The notes: generated by a model not told the origin, from the letters alone. A stretch of DNA of 64,000 bases from Lachnospiraceae bacterium (GCA_017620375.1 JAFZQN010000080.1:8130-72129), one strand, 5' to 3'; shown: positions 17,162-27,778, counted from the first letter of the stretch. Program-made: numbers and translations.

Positions 17162-18067
17162 TTAAATCAAGGATAGAACCTTGTGATATATTTCGTCTAG
17201 TGTATCTTTGTTCTCGGGTCTTATAATAAGGTATATCTTAAATTTTGAGGCTGTTTTCATACACATATCAATAACTTCCTTTGAATTCTCCCATGACCCT
17301 TTAAGACGGTGTAAGAACAGATTATCCCGTATGGACATAAAACATTCGAATCCGCTTAACTTTCGTATAGTTAGTTCTTCTACAGGGGCCTTAATAATAT
17401 AAAAAAAAGAATTTGCTTTTTGAGGATTGTATTCGAAAATATCGTTAACAGGAACAAGATATTTGTCTTTATCTTCGTTTATGTAAATAAGATTTTTTTT
17501 ATCAAGTCCTCTTTTTTCAATCTCATTTGAACAAAGCTTTTGGAAAGGGAAAGCGGGATATACCAGACATTCATCATTGCTAAAGCGAATACCGGCTACA
17601 TCGTCTGCTAACAGTCTTAGTCTGGTTTCCAATAATTTTCCGGCAAGGGAAGACTTCCCTGCTCCAGGGGTACCCGAAATTAGAACAGCCCCTTCTTTTG
17701 TTGATACAGCACTGCAATGAATGGTTAATACGCCTCTTTGTAAGAGTGCGATGGAAAGACAAAACCCTGTAATCCATACAGAAATCGTATCATAATCGTA
17801 ACCTTCTTTTATTTTGACCCAAATTTCGTTGCCGTTTTGTATCAGATAGAACCCACCCCTGTTATAAAAAGCGGATTTATTAAGGCCTATTTCATATAAT
17901 TTTTCTACGGCATCATGTTCCGCCAAAAAACGGATAACATCAGTTTCAACATCTCTTTCTCTTACTGTTATCACATCTTGCACTGTATCTGAATCTCCTG
18001 CCGGAACGAGAAGATTCAATTCAAATTCAGACTCCAATATAATACCATAAATTTTATATCTGTGCAT
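17162..18067 (-). CDS. HPr-kinase-like P-loop kinase (PadeK-type lasso precursor kinase candidate), module 1
   Basis: 301 aa with 'YKIYG' N-terminus, 'IHCSAVSTKEGAVLISGTPGAGKSSLA' and 'YPAFPFQKLC'. Paralogous to 40987-41910 and 48586-49518. Confidence 0.75.
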   Translation of the reverse strand: MHRYKIYGIILESEFELNLLVPAGDSDTVQDVITVRERDVETDVIRFLAEHDAVEKLYEIGLNKSAFYNRGGFYLIQNGNEIWVKIKEGYDYDTISVWITGFCLSIALLQRGVLTIHCSAVSTKEGAVLISGTPGAGKSSLAGKLLETRLRLLADDVAGIRFSNDECLVYPAFPFQKLCSNEIEKRGLDKKNLIYINEDKDKYLVPVNDIFEYNPQKANSFFYIIKAPVEELTIRKLSGFECFMSIRDNLFLHRLKGSWENSKEVIDMCMKTASKFKIYLIIRPENKDTLDEIYHKVLSLI

Positions 18068-18182
18068 TTATAACTTTATCCTTTTTTATCTATTTTTCTT
18101 AAATTATAACTTTTTTGTTAAAAATACACAAGAGAAATATATTTTGTGGTATGCTGTTTCTCTGAATTTATTAAAAAAAGAA

Positions 18183-18212
18183 TTAGCATATGTGCTCAAG
18201 TTGTGGTATAAT
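18183..18212 (+). promoter_or_regulatory. Promoter candidate for the EPS operon (extended -10)
   Basis: TTAGCA, 18-nt spacer ending in TGG, then TATAAT. About 100 nt upstream of 18317. Confidence 0.4.
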
Positions 18213-18316
18213 AATAAATTGAAAAAGTATGAATTAAATTTTCGATATTATACCAAAAAAGATGGGAGAGCATACCGATTCATAACGGATTATTATGTCG
18301 GTAGCGTGTTGCGATC

Positions 18317-19705
18317 ATGAGGGGCAGTCACAGACATGCTAATATAAATATTGCGTATATGTGCTTTGATGTACTGTTTGGTATTTTGGCATATATTATC
18401 GCGTCGGCTATAGATAAGGGCAAGAGTTTTGCAAATATAGATTACCTATTGGTATGTACAAGCTCAGTATTACTTATCATTGTATTTAATAAAAACAAGA
18501 GACTTTATGATACGACCTTATTCTTTTATATAGACAGATGGCTTAGTTATTTGACCAGGTCATTTATTGCTGCGAATCTGGTTGTAACAATACTTGCTTT
18601 TTATGTTGGGCATTGTGGAGTAGAAACCAGGTTTTATGTTGTATTTCTTGTAACAGAGTATCTTCTGTTAATTACTAGTGCTTTTTTTACAAGATGGGTG
18701 CTCAGAAGAACAAGGATGTATGCTGTTAGGACACTGCTTGTAGGCACTAAGACAGATTACGAGAGAGTAATACGTTTCTTAAAGCACAATAGTATGAGTG
18801 CTGAGGTTATAGGATATATATCCGAGACAACAACATATCCTGAGGGAGATGATACACCGTTCCTCGGGACTATAGACGATCTTGAAGAAGTAGTCCATAA
18901 GAATTCCATAGATCAGGTATTCTTTATGCAGCACAGAAAAAACCCGGTAAACCTTGAGAAACATGTTGAGTTGTGTATGGAACTGGGTTTGGTGGCTCGT
19001 GTCTTGGTACACCCGTATCGTATAGGTCGTGCCCATTCTGTTATATGCAGTATAGGAACATATCCTGCCGTAACATATCATAACGTAGTGTTGAACGTGT
19101 ATGCAAAAGCGGCAAAGAGGATATTTGATGTTATATTCAGCATAGTCGGTATAATAGTGTTTGCAATACCGATGCTGATCACAGCTATCGCTATAAAGCT
19201 TGATTCAAAAGGCCCTGTTATATTTAAACAGACAAGAGTAGGGCTTAACGGCAGACATTTTAAGATGTTTAAATTCAGAAGTATGGTACAGGATGCCGAA
19301 GCAAAAAAGAAAGAGCTGATGGAAAAAAATAAAGTATCCGGCGGCTTGATGTTTAAAATGGATGATGACCCCAGGATCACTAAGGTAGGTAAATTTATAC
19401 GTAAGACATCGATAGATGAGTTGCCACAGTTCTTTAACGTTTTGTTCGGTACTATGAGTTTGGTAGGTACCCGTCCGCCCACAGTGGATGAGGTATCAAA
19501 GTATGATACAAGGCATTGGAGAAGGCTTTCAGTTAAGCCCGGTATAACCGGCATGTGGCAGACTAGCGGTAGAAGCGAGATAACGGATTTTGAAGAAGTA
19601 GTTGCTCTTGATAAGGAGTATATAGACAACTGGAGTATGTGGCTGGATATCAAGATCCTTTTCAAGACTGTAATTCAGGTATTTATGAGAAAGGGAGCAT
19701 GTTAA
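18317..19705 (+). CDS. Initiating polyprenyl-phosphate sugar phosphotransferase (WbaP/EpsL-type bacterial sugar transferase)
   Basis: 462 aa with N-terminal TM helices and the C-terminal motifs 'KRIFDVIFS...GPVIFKQTRVGLNGRHFKMFKFRSM...DELPQFFNVLFGTMSLVGTRPP'. Confidence 0.85.
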   Translation: MRGSHRHANINIAYMCFDVLFGILAYIIASAIDKGKSFANIDYLLVCTSSVLLIIVFNKNKRLYDTTLFFYIDRWLSYLTRSFIAANLVVTILAFYVGHCGVETRFYVVFLVTEYLLLITSAFFTRWVLRRTRMYAVRTLLVGTKTDYERVIRFLKHNSMSAEVIGYISETTTYPEGDDTPFLGTIDDLEEVVHKNSIDQVFFMQHRKNPVNLEKHVELCMELGLVARVLVHPYRIGRAHSVICSIGTYPAVTYHNVVLNVYAKAAKRIFDVIFSIVGIIVFAIPMLITAIAIKLDSKGPVIFKQTRVGLNGRHFKMFKFRSMVQDAEAKKKELMEKNKVSGGLMFKMDDDPRITKVGKFIRKTSIDELPQFFNVLFGTMSLVGTRPPTVDEVSKYDTRHWRRLSVKPGITGMWQTSGRSEITDFEEVVALDKEYIDNWSMWLDIKILFKTVIQVFMRKGAC

Positions 19706-19717
19706 AGCTATAATACA

Positions 19718-20701
19718 ATGATTTCTGTAGTGGTTCCTATATACAAAGTAGAAAGATTCTTAAACAAATCTATAGAAAGTTTGTTAAATCAGACATATAA
19801 GGATTTTGAATTAATCCTTGTAGATGATGGTTCGCCGGATAATTGTCCCCAAATATGTGATGACTGGGAGAAAAAAGAACCTAAGATAAAGGTTTTTCAC
19901 AAAAAAAATGAAGGTTTGTCTTCTGCTCGGAACAGCGGTATCGAACACGCAAGTGGAGAGTATATTATTTTCCCGGATCCCGACGATTGGGTGGAACCGG
20001 ATTATTTAGAAAGGTTGATAAACCTTAGAGAAGAATTTAAAGCGGATTTAAGCATTTGCGGTCATTATCATGGTACAAATATATATGATCCTGAAGCTGA
20101 ATTGATAGTTCTGACAATGGAGGAAGCACTCGAAAAACTGATGATGCCACACTCTTTCTGTGGGTATACATGGAATAAACTATATAACTTGGATATCATT
20201 AAAAGAAATCAGCTTCGATTTGATGTTGAATTAGGAATGGTTCAGGATTTACATTTTAATGTTCGGTATTTTCAGTATTGTGAGAAAATAGTTTATGATC
20301 CGGTTCCTTTATATCACCATACGATAGAAAATGGGGTAACATCGCGCAATACTCCGCTAACAACACGAAAAATAAGCGGATTATTAACTTATAAGAAAAT
20401 TGCAGACATGACTCACGGAAATTATCCGAATATTGAGCGAATATCTTACTGTTCTCTTTGTAAAATGTGTCTTGATTATGTTGATATATACTATAAAACC
20501 AAGATGAATTCAAAAGAAATACTTAATCTTTTACAGAGCAATTTTGTAAAATATAAAAAGTATTTTTATAATGGTAAAGCATTTTCTGTTAGATTTAAAC
20601 GTTTTTCAAGACTTATGGTAATACATCCACGATTATACTGGTATGCCCGCCGTTTTTATTGGCGCTTCTTGGTACCAAATAAAAAGAAAGACACAACATG
20701 A
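19718..20701 (+). CDS. Family 2 glycosyltransferase
   Basis: 'ISVVVPIYKVERFLNKSIESLLNQTYKDFELILVDDGSPD'. Confidence 0.85.
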   Translation: MISVVVPIYKVERFLNKSIESLLNQTYKDFELILVDDGSPDNCPQICDDWEKKEPKIKVFHKKNEGLSSARNSGIEHASGEYIIFPDPDDWVEPDYLERLINLREEFKADLSICGHYHGTNIYDPEAELIVLTMEEALEKLMMPHSFCGYTWNKLYNLDIIKRNQLRFDVELGMVQDLHFNVRYFQYCEKIVYDPVPLYHHTIENGVTSRNTPLTTRKISGLLTYKKIADMTHGNYPNIERISYCSLCKMCLDYVDIYYKTKMNSKEILNLLQSNFVKYKKYFYNGKAFSVRFKRFSRLMVIHPRLYWYARRFYWRFLVPNKKKDTT

Positions 20702-21822
20702 AGATAATTATATATAATAATCTCATCTATAGCGGAGGCGTGGAAAGACTTTTTCCGTTACTGGCAGAAAGTTTAAGACAGAGAGGACATGAGATTACGG
20801 TATTAGCCTCATCTGGAAGTAAGGAAGAGTTTGATACAGCGTTTTCTACAGAAATACGTTGTATTTGTACGGGATTGCCTTGTAAGAAGTTTGACAGCAA
20901 GTTAAAATCAGGATTATATTTTTTAAAAAGAAAGGCATACAAAATAATCCTACTTTTTAGAGGACTGATAAAAAAATATGATGTTGTAATTGCTTTTAAA
21001 GAAGGGCATGTTATAAAGAATGCATTAAAAATCAGAGCAAAGAGGAGATATGCCTGGATTCATGCGGATCTAACTATTTTCTGCAATACTTTAGGATTTA
21101 CAAAACCATTTTCAAGCATTGAAGATTTTAAAAAGTGTCTGGAAAAGTATGATAAAGTTGTATGTGTCTCTGAAACTACAAGAAGAAGTGTTATAGAGAT
21201 GGTCGGAGATACTGGGAATTTGTGTGTAAGATATAATCCTATAGATTGGCAAAGAATACGCACACAGGCACAGACAAAAGCGGAAATTACTAAAAATCAA
21301 AATTGTCCTTTAATTGTTTCTGTCGGAAGGCTTGATCCGATAAAAAATTATATGCTGCTATTAGAAGCTGGTAAAATCCTTTATGAAAAACAAGAGTTTG
21401 AAATGTGGATATTAGGGGAAGGACCCGAGAGAAATAAAATTGAGAAGTATATACAAGATAATAACTTGGAGTTTGTCAGGTTATTAGGCTTCCAACATAA
21501 TCCGTTTCCGATTTTAAAACAAGCAGATCTGTATGTAAGTACATCGCTTAGTGAGAGTTATGGACTTTCAGTTCAAGAAGCCTTAATTCTTGGAGTTCCT
21601 GTTATAGCAGTAAAGTGTCCCGGGATACTTGAAGCATGGGATCCCGGATTCGGAAAACTGATTGATAACTCCGCGGAAGAATTAGCAGATACCATATATC
21701 AGTTATTTAATAATACTGAGCAATTAGAGAGTTATCGCAAGACGATAGAAGATAAATATCCTTTAAAGCAGGTGTTTGAACAAAGGGTAGATGAAATATG
21801 TAGATTAATAGAAGAATTATAA
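20698..21822 (+). CDS. GT-B glycosyltransferase (GT4/Glycos_transf_1 type)
   Basis: 374 aa with C-terminal 'SLSESYGLSVQEALILGVPVIA'. Confidence 0.8.
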   Translation: MKIIIYNNLIYSGGVERLFPLLAESLRQRGHEITVLASSGSKEEFDTAFSTEIRCICTGLPCKKFDSKLKSGLYFLKRKAYKIILLFRGLIKKYDVVIAFKEGHVIKNALKIRAKRRYAWIHADLTIFCNTLGFTKPFSSIEDFKKCLEKYDKVVCVSETTRRSVIEMVGDTGNLCVRYNPIDWQRIRTQAQTKAEITKNQNCPLIVSVGRLDPIKNYMLLLEAGKILYEKQEFEMWILGEGPERNKIEKYIQDNNLEFVRLLGFQHNPFPILKQADLYVSTSLSESYGLSVQEALILGVPVIAVKCPGILEAWDPGFGKLIDNSAEELADTIYQLFNNTEQLESYRKTIEDKYPLKQVFEQRVDEICRLIEEL

Positions 21823-21857
21823 GAATAACGCAAATATAAGTATTCTTGGAGAGAAGT

Positions 21858-22862
21858 ATGTGGAAGCCTAGCGTGAGTGTCATTGTTCCGGTATACAATA
21901 CGGAGAAATATCTTAGGAAGTGTTTGGATTCTTTGGCAGATCAAACATTAAAAGATATTGAGATAATAATTATTGATGATGGGTCAACGGATTCATCTCC
22001 GGTGATCATTAAAGAATATACAGAGAAAGATTCGAAAAGATTTATAAGCCTGGCTCAGGAAAACAGCGGGCAAGCAGTTGCCAGAAACAAAGCCTTAAAA
22101 ATGTGTACCGGTGAGTATATCGGTTTTTTGGATTCTGATGATTTTGTTCGTACGGATATGTTTGAACGTATGTACAATGCGGCCGTGGCTGAAGATGCTG
22201 ATTATGTGGCATGCGGATATACAGATATAACCTATGATGAAGCTGGTAATGAGATAGAATTGGAGCATTATGTACACTCAAAACTTGCTTATAAGACTAA
22301 GGATATGTTTTTTGGAGCACTCGCTTCTCCGTTTCTTCATTTATATAAGAAAGAAGTGCTTATTGAATCCGGTGCGGATTTCCCGGAAGGGGTGGTTTAT
22401 GAGGATACGGCATTTTATCTGAATATTATACCTTATATTAAAAAGCTTGCAGTAATAGATGAACCGTTGGCGTACAGAGTAAGACGCAGTAATTCTACTA
22501 TGTCAACATTTAAAGCTGCTAAGGTAAGACAGATTTTTAAGGTACTTGATTATTCGCTGGATTATTATAAGAAAAAAGGGTTTTATGAAGAATATCAAAA
22601 AGAGATGGAGTATTTCTGTGTAAGAGTATTGCTCTGTAGCTCTATGCAACGCATCTGTAAAGTTGAAGACAGTAAAGAAAGAAAAGCTCTTCAAAATGAA
22701 ACTCTTGATTACCTTTATCGTAATTTCCCGAACAGAAAATCTAACAAATATTTTAAGGGCGGCTTTCAACATTTATATATGAAGACATTTAACAAATTGA
22801 CAGCGCCTTTTTATGCATGGTTGTTAAGAAAAAAAGCACGTAGGGAAAGAGAGTATATCTGA
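21858..22862 (+). CDS. Family 2 glycosyltransferase
   Basis: 'VSVIVPVYNTEKYLRKCLDSLADQTLKDIEIIIIDDGSTD'. I prefer the ATG at 21858 (RBS GGAGAG) over the track's TTG at 21846. Confidence 0.85.
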   Translation: MWKPSVSVIVPVYNTEKYLRKCLDSLADQTLKDIEIIIIDDGSTDSSPVIIKEYTEKDSKRFISLAQENSGQAVARNKALKMCTGEYIGFLDSDDFVRTDMFERMYNAAVAEDADYVACGYTDITYDEAGNEIELEHYVHSKLAYKTKDMFFGALASPFLHLYKKEVLIESGADFPEGVVYEDTAFYLNIIPYIKKLAVIDEPLAYRVRRSNSTMSTFKAAKVRQIFKVLDYSLDYYKKKGFYEEYQKEMEYFCVRVLLCSSMQRICKVEDSKERKALQNETLDYLYRNFPNRKSNKYFKGGFQHLYMKTFNKLTAPFYAWLLRKKARREREYI

Positions 22863-23806
22863 TGGATAATGTTAAAATCTCCGTAGTTATAGCATCATAT
22901 AATGGGGCAGATTATTTGGTTGAGCAACTGGAATCAATTCGTACCCAGACTTTACCTCCAGATGAACTTATCATATGCGATGATCGTTCAAAGGACAACA
23001 CGGTTGAGGTGGCTGAAGAATATATAAAGGAGCATAAACTTGAAGGTTCATGGCGGATAACAGTCAATGAACAAAATCTGGGATATGCGGATAATTTTGA
23101 TCATGCCGCTAAACAGGCAAAAGGAGAGCTTATATTCTTCTCTGATCAGGACGATGTCTGGAATTCTGACAAAATCGAGATCATGACTAAAATAATGGCA
23201 GAACATCCTGAGTGTAAAGTGCTCTGCACCGACTACGTGCCTTGGTATACCGGGGAAAATGCTCCCCAAGCTCCAAAGAGTGTCATGGACAGAATGCCGG
23301 ATAACGGGGTATTGGAAACAGTCAAATTGAAGAAAAAAAGTGTGTATATAGGAGCTCTTGGCTGCTGTATGTGCGTAAGACGAGAATTTTACACAGATAT
23401 CAGTTCTTATCGATTCTCTGGTTGGGCGCAGGACGACCGCATGTGGAAGATGGCACAGTGTGAACCCGGAGGATGTTTGATATTACACAGAAACCTTATA
23501 AAACACAGGATCCACGGAAACAATACTTCTACTTATGGGAAGTACCACACAGTGGAACGAAGGGTTAAACTATTCAGCGAAATGCTCGAAGCGGAAAAAC
23601 AGATGCTTAAATATCTTGAAGATAAAAAAGCAGAAAAAACAGATATTAAACTGATCATTAAGCATATACACATGATGGAAAAAAGAATAGACCTGATCAA
23701 GAACAGAAAACTGCTTAAGACAGTACCGTTAATCGGGTACATCTCGTATTATGAAAGAAAAAAGTCATACCTTGTAGAATTGTATATGGCAGTTAAAGGA
23801 AAGTAA
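22862..23806 (+). CDS. Family 2 glycosyltransferase
   Basis: 'ISVVIASYNGADYLVEQLESIRTQTLPPDELIICDDRSKD' and 'FSDQDDVW'. Confidence 0.8.
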   Translation: MDNVKISVVIASYNGADYLVEQLESIRTQTLPPDELIICDDRSKDNTVEVAEEYIKEHKLEGSWRITVNEQNLGYADNFDHAAKQAKGELIFFSDQDDVWNSDKIEIMTKIMAEHPECKVLCTDYVPWYTGENAPQAPKSVMDRMPDNGVLETVKLKKKSVYIGALGCCMCVRREFYTDISSYRFSGWAQDDRMWKMAQCEPGGCLILHRNLIKHRIHGNNTSTYGKYHTVERRVKLFSEMLEAEKQMLKYLEDKKAEKTDIKLIIKHIHMMEKRIDLIKNRKLLKTVPLIGYISYYERKKSYLVELYMAVKGK

Positions 23807-23835
23807 CATTTTATTAGTGTCGGGAGGTGATAAGT

Positions 23836-25968
23836 ATGAAGAACTACAAATATAAAAAAACAAATTTTTTTGTAATGATTCTTTTGAGTATCTTCTTAAT
23901 TATTTCCGGCGGTTTTTTTATAAATAAGTATGTTTTTTCAAGTGCCGAAGATGATTTAGCGGCTGTTGAAACAAATGTGAAGGATAATGGAACGGAGGTA
24001 TTACTCGAAAAGCAGGGAACGGAACCCATAGAGTATTCAAATACAGATGGTTTGAATACATATACGCCTGTTTCAGAAATCCCGATATCGGAGAATCCGG
24101 TATCTGAACCTATTATCACCGAGAATCCGGTATTCGACTCTGTTATTACTGAGAATCCGGTAAATGAAACTCCTGTAAACGATACATCAGTAATAGATAA
24201 GGCGCTGATTGATAATCACATATCAGAAGATCCGGAGTTAGAACCATCTGTAACGGGAATAACGGTATCGGACGCTCCTGTCGATAAATCGCCAGCAACT
24301 GAGGCTGTAAAGCAGGAAAAATTGATTGTTCAGACGGATGCGGATTACCATGTTATACCGGACAAATACAATACCGGATGTTCAGGTAAGCTTGAAAAAG
24401 TAACCGGCACCTTTTTTGCGGGCGAGATAGAACTCAGAGAAAGTGGCGGTAAGATAACATTTGATTTCTTTTATAGGAATAAAAATGCATCCGGTACATA
24501 TGTGATAGAAAACTACGACTTTTCTAATTTTGGGTTGGCATTTAACTCTGAAGGTAAAGTATCGGGAAAAAAAATAAATATTGTTTTTAATAATTGTAAG
24601 TTCAGTACGATCAACACTATGAGACCTAGTTCTGACGTATTTACTTATACGTTTAATGACTGTACTATAAGACAGTTTTTGGGATCCAATAGTACATTTA
24701 ACAGGTGTAAGTTTGGAGATTCGTACAGTGATTGTATAATTCCATTCAATAATATTATTGTAAATGATTGTTATTTTTCAAATCTTGCATCCAATGATCC
24801 TGCGGGAAATGGAAAACATTCAGATGGTACCCAGATATATGGATATTCGGACGCAATGGTTCAGAATGTTTTGTTTTCCAATTGCAGATTTGAAATCCCT
24901 GCGGTTAAAACCACTCAAAGCACAGCGGCGGTTAATGCATGTGTTACGTTAGGACTTGAGTACAATAATGCTAAAAATGTAAAAGTTGAGAACTGCATAT
25001 TAAATGGTGGTGGATATACAATATATGCGACAAAGAAATATGATCATTTATCTATGACGGAAGTATACTTTACAAATATCAAAGTGGGCGATGCAAAACT
25101 TTTTGGTAGCATTTATCCGTCTGTAGCTGAGAATGTTACATTTAAAAATGTAGCTGATCAGGATTCTCTTTATGTTTCTTCGGTTTGGTATGACGGGGGA
25201 AAAACCCATGTTATAGTCAGCAATGATACTTCAAAAGAACGTATATTGAGAGTGGTCACAGGAACAACATCAAAGGAATATACTATAAAAGCTTGCTTGG
25301 GCGGATCGGCACTCAGATATGATAATTTTGATATGTCGTTTGATGAATTTCCGTTTGATATAGATATAAGCATTGATGCAAAAAAAGACTATGTGCTTTG
25401 CTTTGATGTGACAGATGGGATTGAAAAACAGATAAGATATGTTTCTTTTGATAATAAACCAACGTATTATGCAGTTGATGAAAACACAGAACCGATATTA
25501 AACGGAGCTTCTGGGATGTACCTTACTGAAGGCAAATGTGGAAATGATATCACTTATACACTTGATAAGGAAGGGACGCTTAAAATAGAAGGCAAAGGTG
25601 CTATATTTGATTATGATAGTAAAAAACCGGCACCATGGTCGGAATATGCAACATCTGTTGTTAATGTAGAATTATCTGAAGGGATTACTCATATAGGTAC
25701 TCAGGCGTTTAGAAAAATGATAAACATTCAGAGCATAAAACTACCAAAGACTTTAACCAAGATTGGATCAAATGCTTTTATCGGATGTGGCGGATTAAAG
25801 TACCTCACTTTCTATTCGGGTGTAACAAATATTGGAAAGTATGCTTTTAACGGAACAAAGTTGATCAAGTGCAATTATTATGGCAGTGAAGATGAATGGA
25901 ATTCCATTACCATAGAGGCCAACAATAATCCATTACTTAACTGCGAAAGGATATATGAAAGTAATTAA
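23836..25968 (+). CDS. Membrane-anchored/secreted protein with an ENPV-repeat linker, a parallel beta-helix-like middle region and C-terminal BspA-type leucine-rich repeats
   Basis: N-terminal hydrophobic anchor. Repeated 'NC.F/DC.F' turns and 'HSDGTQIYG'. C-terminal 'ITHIGTQAF...LTKIGSNAF...VTNIGKYAF'. ATG at 23836 (RBS GGGAGG) preferred over the track's GTG at 23827. Confidence 0.55.
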   Translation: MKNYKYKKTNFFVMILLSIFLIISGGFFINKYVFSSAEDDLAAVETNVKDNGTEVLLEKQGTEPIEYSNTDGLNTYTPVSEIPISENPVSEPIITENPVFDSVITENPVNETPVNDTSVIDKALIDNHISEDPELEPSVTGITVSDAPVDKSPATEAVKQEKLIVQTDADYHVIPDKYNTGCSGKLEKVTGTFFAGEIELRESGGKITFDFFYRNKNASGTYVIENYDFSNFGLAFNSEGKVSGKKINIVFNNCKFSTINTMRPSSDVFTYTFNDCTIRQFLGSNSTFNRCKFGDSYSDCIIPFNNIIVNDCYFSNLASNDPAGNGKHSDGTQIYGYSDAMVQNVLFSNCRFEIPAVKTTQSTAAVNACVTLGLEYNNAKNVKVENCILNGGGYTIYATKKYDHLSMTEVYFTNIKVGDAKLFGSIYPSVAENVTFKNVADQDSLYVSSVWYDGGKTHVIVSNDTSKERILRVVTGTTSKEYTIKACLGGSALRYDNFDMSFDEFPFDIDISIDAKKDYVLCFDVTDGIEKQIRYVSFDNKPTYYAVDENTEPILNGASGMYLTEGKCGNDITYTLDKEGTLKIEGKGAIFDYDSKKPAPWSEYATSVVNVELSEGITHIGTQAFRKMINIQSIKLPKTLTKIGSNAFIGCGGLKYLTFYSGVTNIGKYAFNGTKLIKCNYYGSEDEWNSITIEANNNPLLNCERIYESN
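24091..24180 (+). repeat. Intragenic 3 x 30-bp tandem repeat (each unit begins gagaatccggta)
   Basis: Units start at 24091, 24121 and 24151 and encode ENPVSEPIIT / ENPVFDSVIT / ENPVNETPVN. Confidence 0.8.
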
Positions 25969-26049
25969 TTGTTGATTAATAAGATATTATATGTTAGTAT
26001 ATCATTCTTGGGGAATTTTAATAAAAATATAGATTAGGAGTATAGCCGG

Positions 26050-26814
26050 ATGAATATCGAAAAGATAAATTTATATGAAATTGAAAACCAGTTGTTATAT
26101 GCAGCTATCGACAAGATAACTGTTGAAATAATCAATAAACAAAAAAACGAGGGAGCACATGTTATTGCATTAACAGGTTGTTCTCCTCTGGCAGGAACCA
26201 CATCTACTGCGATCAGTATCGCTATAGCGATGGCAGCGTCATCTCGAAAAACCGTTTTGGTTGATTGTGACTTAAGAAAATCAGGCGAATATAAGAAATT
26301 AAATGATAGAATTCAAAAAGGGCTGGCTGATTATGTATCGGTGAAATCTGATATTGCTATGACCGCAGATGATCTGATTTATCCTACAAATGTTGATAAT
26401 CTGTTTTATATACCGGGAGGGAAAACAGACGAGAATGCCACTCGGGTATTATGTTCCGAAAAGGTGAATATATTGATAGAAGAGCTTAGAAATACTTATG
26501 AGTGTATCATTTTGGATTGCCCTTCTATAAGCGTAGTTCCGGATGCTCAGATCATATTTAAAAAGGTAGATGGAATAATTGTTGTGTCAGCGCTGGGAGA
26601 GACCAAACGTTCTCAGATAAAGGATTCCAGGCTGCTGATGGAGAATTATAAGGATAAGTATTACGGGATGATAGTCAATAAGATTCCTCGGGATATTTAT
26701 AAGAAGAATGTTAAAAATGCGGATTATTATTTGACAGATAAAAAAGGAAAGCAGAGATTTGCAAAGAACAAAGCATTTAAGAAGCGAAAAGTAGAAAATG
26801 ATGCAAATGATTAA
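26050..26814 (+). CDS. CpsD/CapB-like BY-kinase-family ATPase with degenerate Walker A
   Basis: 254 aa with 'VIALTGCSPLAGTTSTAISIAIAMA...VLVDCDLRK...ECIILDCPS'. The usual G-x-G-K-[ST] lysine is absent, and there is no C-terminal Tyr cluster. Confidence 0.6.
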   Translation: MNIEKINLYEIENQLLYAAIDKITVEIINKQKNEGAHVIALTGCSPLAGTTSTAISIAIAMAASSRKTVLVDCDLRKSGEYKKLNDRIQKGLADYVSVKSDIAMTADDLIYPTNVDNLFYIPGGKTDENATRVLCSEKVNILIEELRNTYECIILDCPSISVVPDAQIIFKKVDGIIVVSALGETKRSQIKDSRLLMENYKDKYYGMIVNKIPRDIYKKNVKNADYYLTDKKGKQRFAKNKAFKKRKVENDAND

Positions 26815-26857
26815 GATGATTATTCTGAAAGAATAAATTAAAAGAGAGGAAAAAACA

Positions 26858-27778
26858 ATGAAAAAAAGAATAAAAATCCTGTTAACCTTGCTTCTTACTT
26901 GCATGGTAATAATATTTGAGACAGTAGGTCCAGCTTGGGCAGCAGAAGATGGAACAGAAGATGGAACAGAATATGAGCCTTTTATTGTAGTTTCTTCCTA
27001 CAGAGTAACAGATGATATTATTACTCCGGGAAAAAAATTTGATCTGATAATAGAAGTAGAAAATACTGATACTAAAGTAGCTACCCGAGGTTCTATCGTT
27101 ACGATAAATTTTCCTGAAGGAATAAGCACTTCCTATGGATCTTCCAATCAGATGTACTTAAAATCTCTTAAGCCCGGTGAAAAAAGAGAAATTACTTTTG
27201 AACTGTATGCATCACCTTATTATTCACGTTCATCTGTTCCTTTTGGAATAAATATTTCTTCGGAATTAAGAACAAGCAGTGCTACTATTTATGCTCCTCT
27301 TCTTCTTGACTTAAGTGCCTTTAAGGTTGTTTCTCAAACTATTCCTGAAGAAGCCGGTATAGGAGAGAAAATAGCAGCCTCACTTTCTTTTAAATCTCTT
27401 ATGCAAGAGAAATTAAGTAATGTAGTTCTTTCGGTTTATGTAGATGATGATACGAAACCGGTAGCCACAGCGAATATAGGTAATATCTCTGCGGAGGCAT
27501 CAAAAACTCAAAATATCACCTTTTTTATAAATGAGAAAGGGCAGCATTCAGTTAGATTTGAGCTCTCTTATAGTTTTGCAGAAGGAGATTATTCCTCCGC
27601 TGAGTTGTATTCAGGAACAATACAGATAAATGATTCTGTTGATGATAATGAACTTTTGGCAAACAGCATTCAGGAAGAAAAATTGTCAGGGCAGGACAAA
27701 CTGATAATCGGGGGATGTTTAGGACTATCTTTGCTTTTGGGCATTGGAATAGTTTTGATAGTTAAAAAATATAACTAA
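26858..27778 (+). CDS. Secreted, C-terminally membrane-anchored protein of unknown function
   Basis: Signal peptide '...TVGPAWA' and C-terminal TM 'LIIGGCLGLSLLLGIGIVLIV-KKYN'. Confidence 0.4.
   Translation: MKKRIKILLTLLLTCMVIIFETVGPAWAAEDGTEDGTEYEPFIVVSSYRVTDDIITPGKKFDLIIEVENTDTKVATRGSIVTINFPEGISTSYGSSNQMYLKSLKPGEKREITFELYASPYYSRSSVPFGINISSELRTSSATIYAPLLLDLSAFKVVSQTIPEEAGIGEKIAASLSFKSLMQEKLSNVVLSVYVDDDTKPVATANIGNISAEASKTQNITFFINEKGQHSVRFELSYSFAEGDYSSAELYSGTIQINDSVDDNELLANSIQEEKLSGQDKLIIGGCLGLSLLLGIGIVLIVKKYN

Noticed and set aside
19078-19665. 195-aa minus-strand ORF
   Set aside because: It is antisense to the conserved catalytic domain of the initiating sugar transferase and has no RBS.
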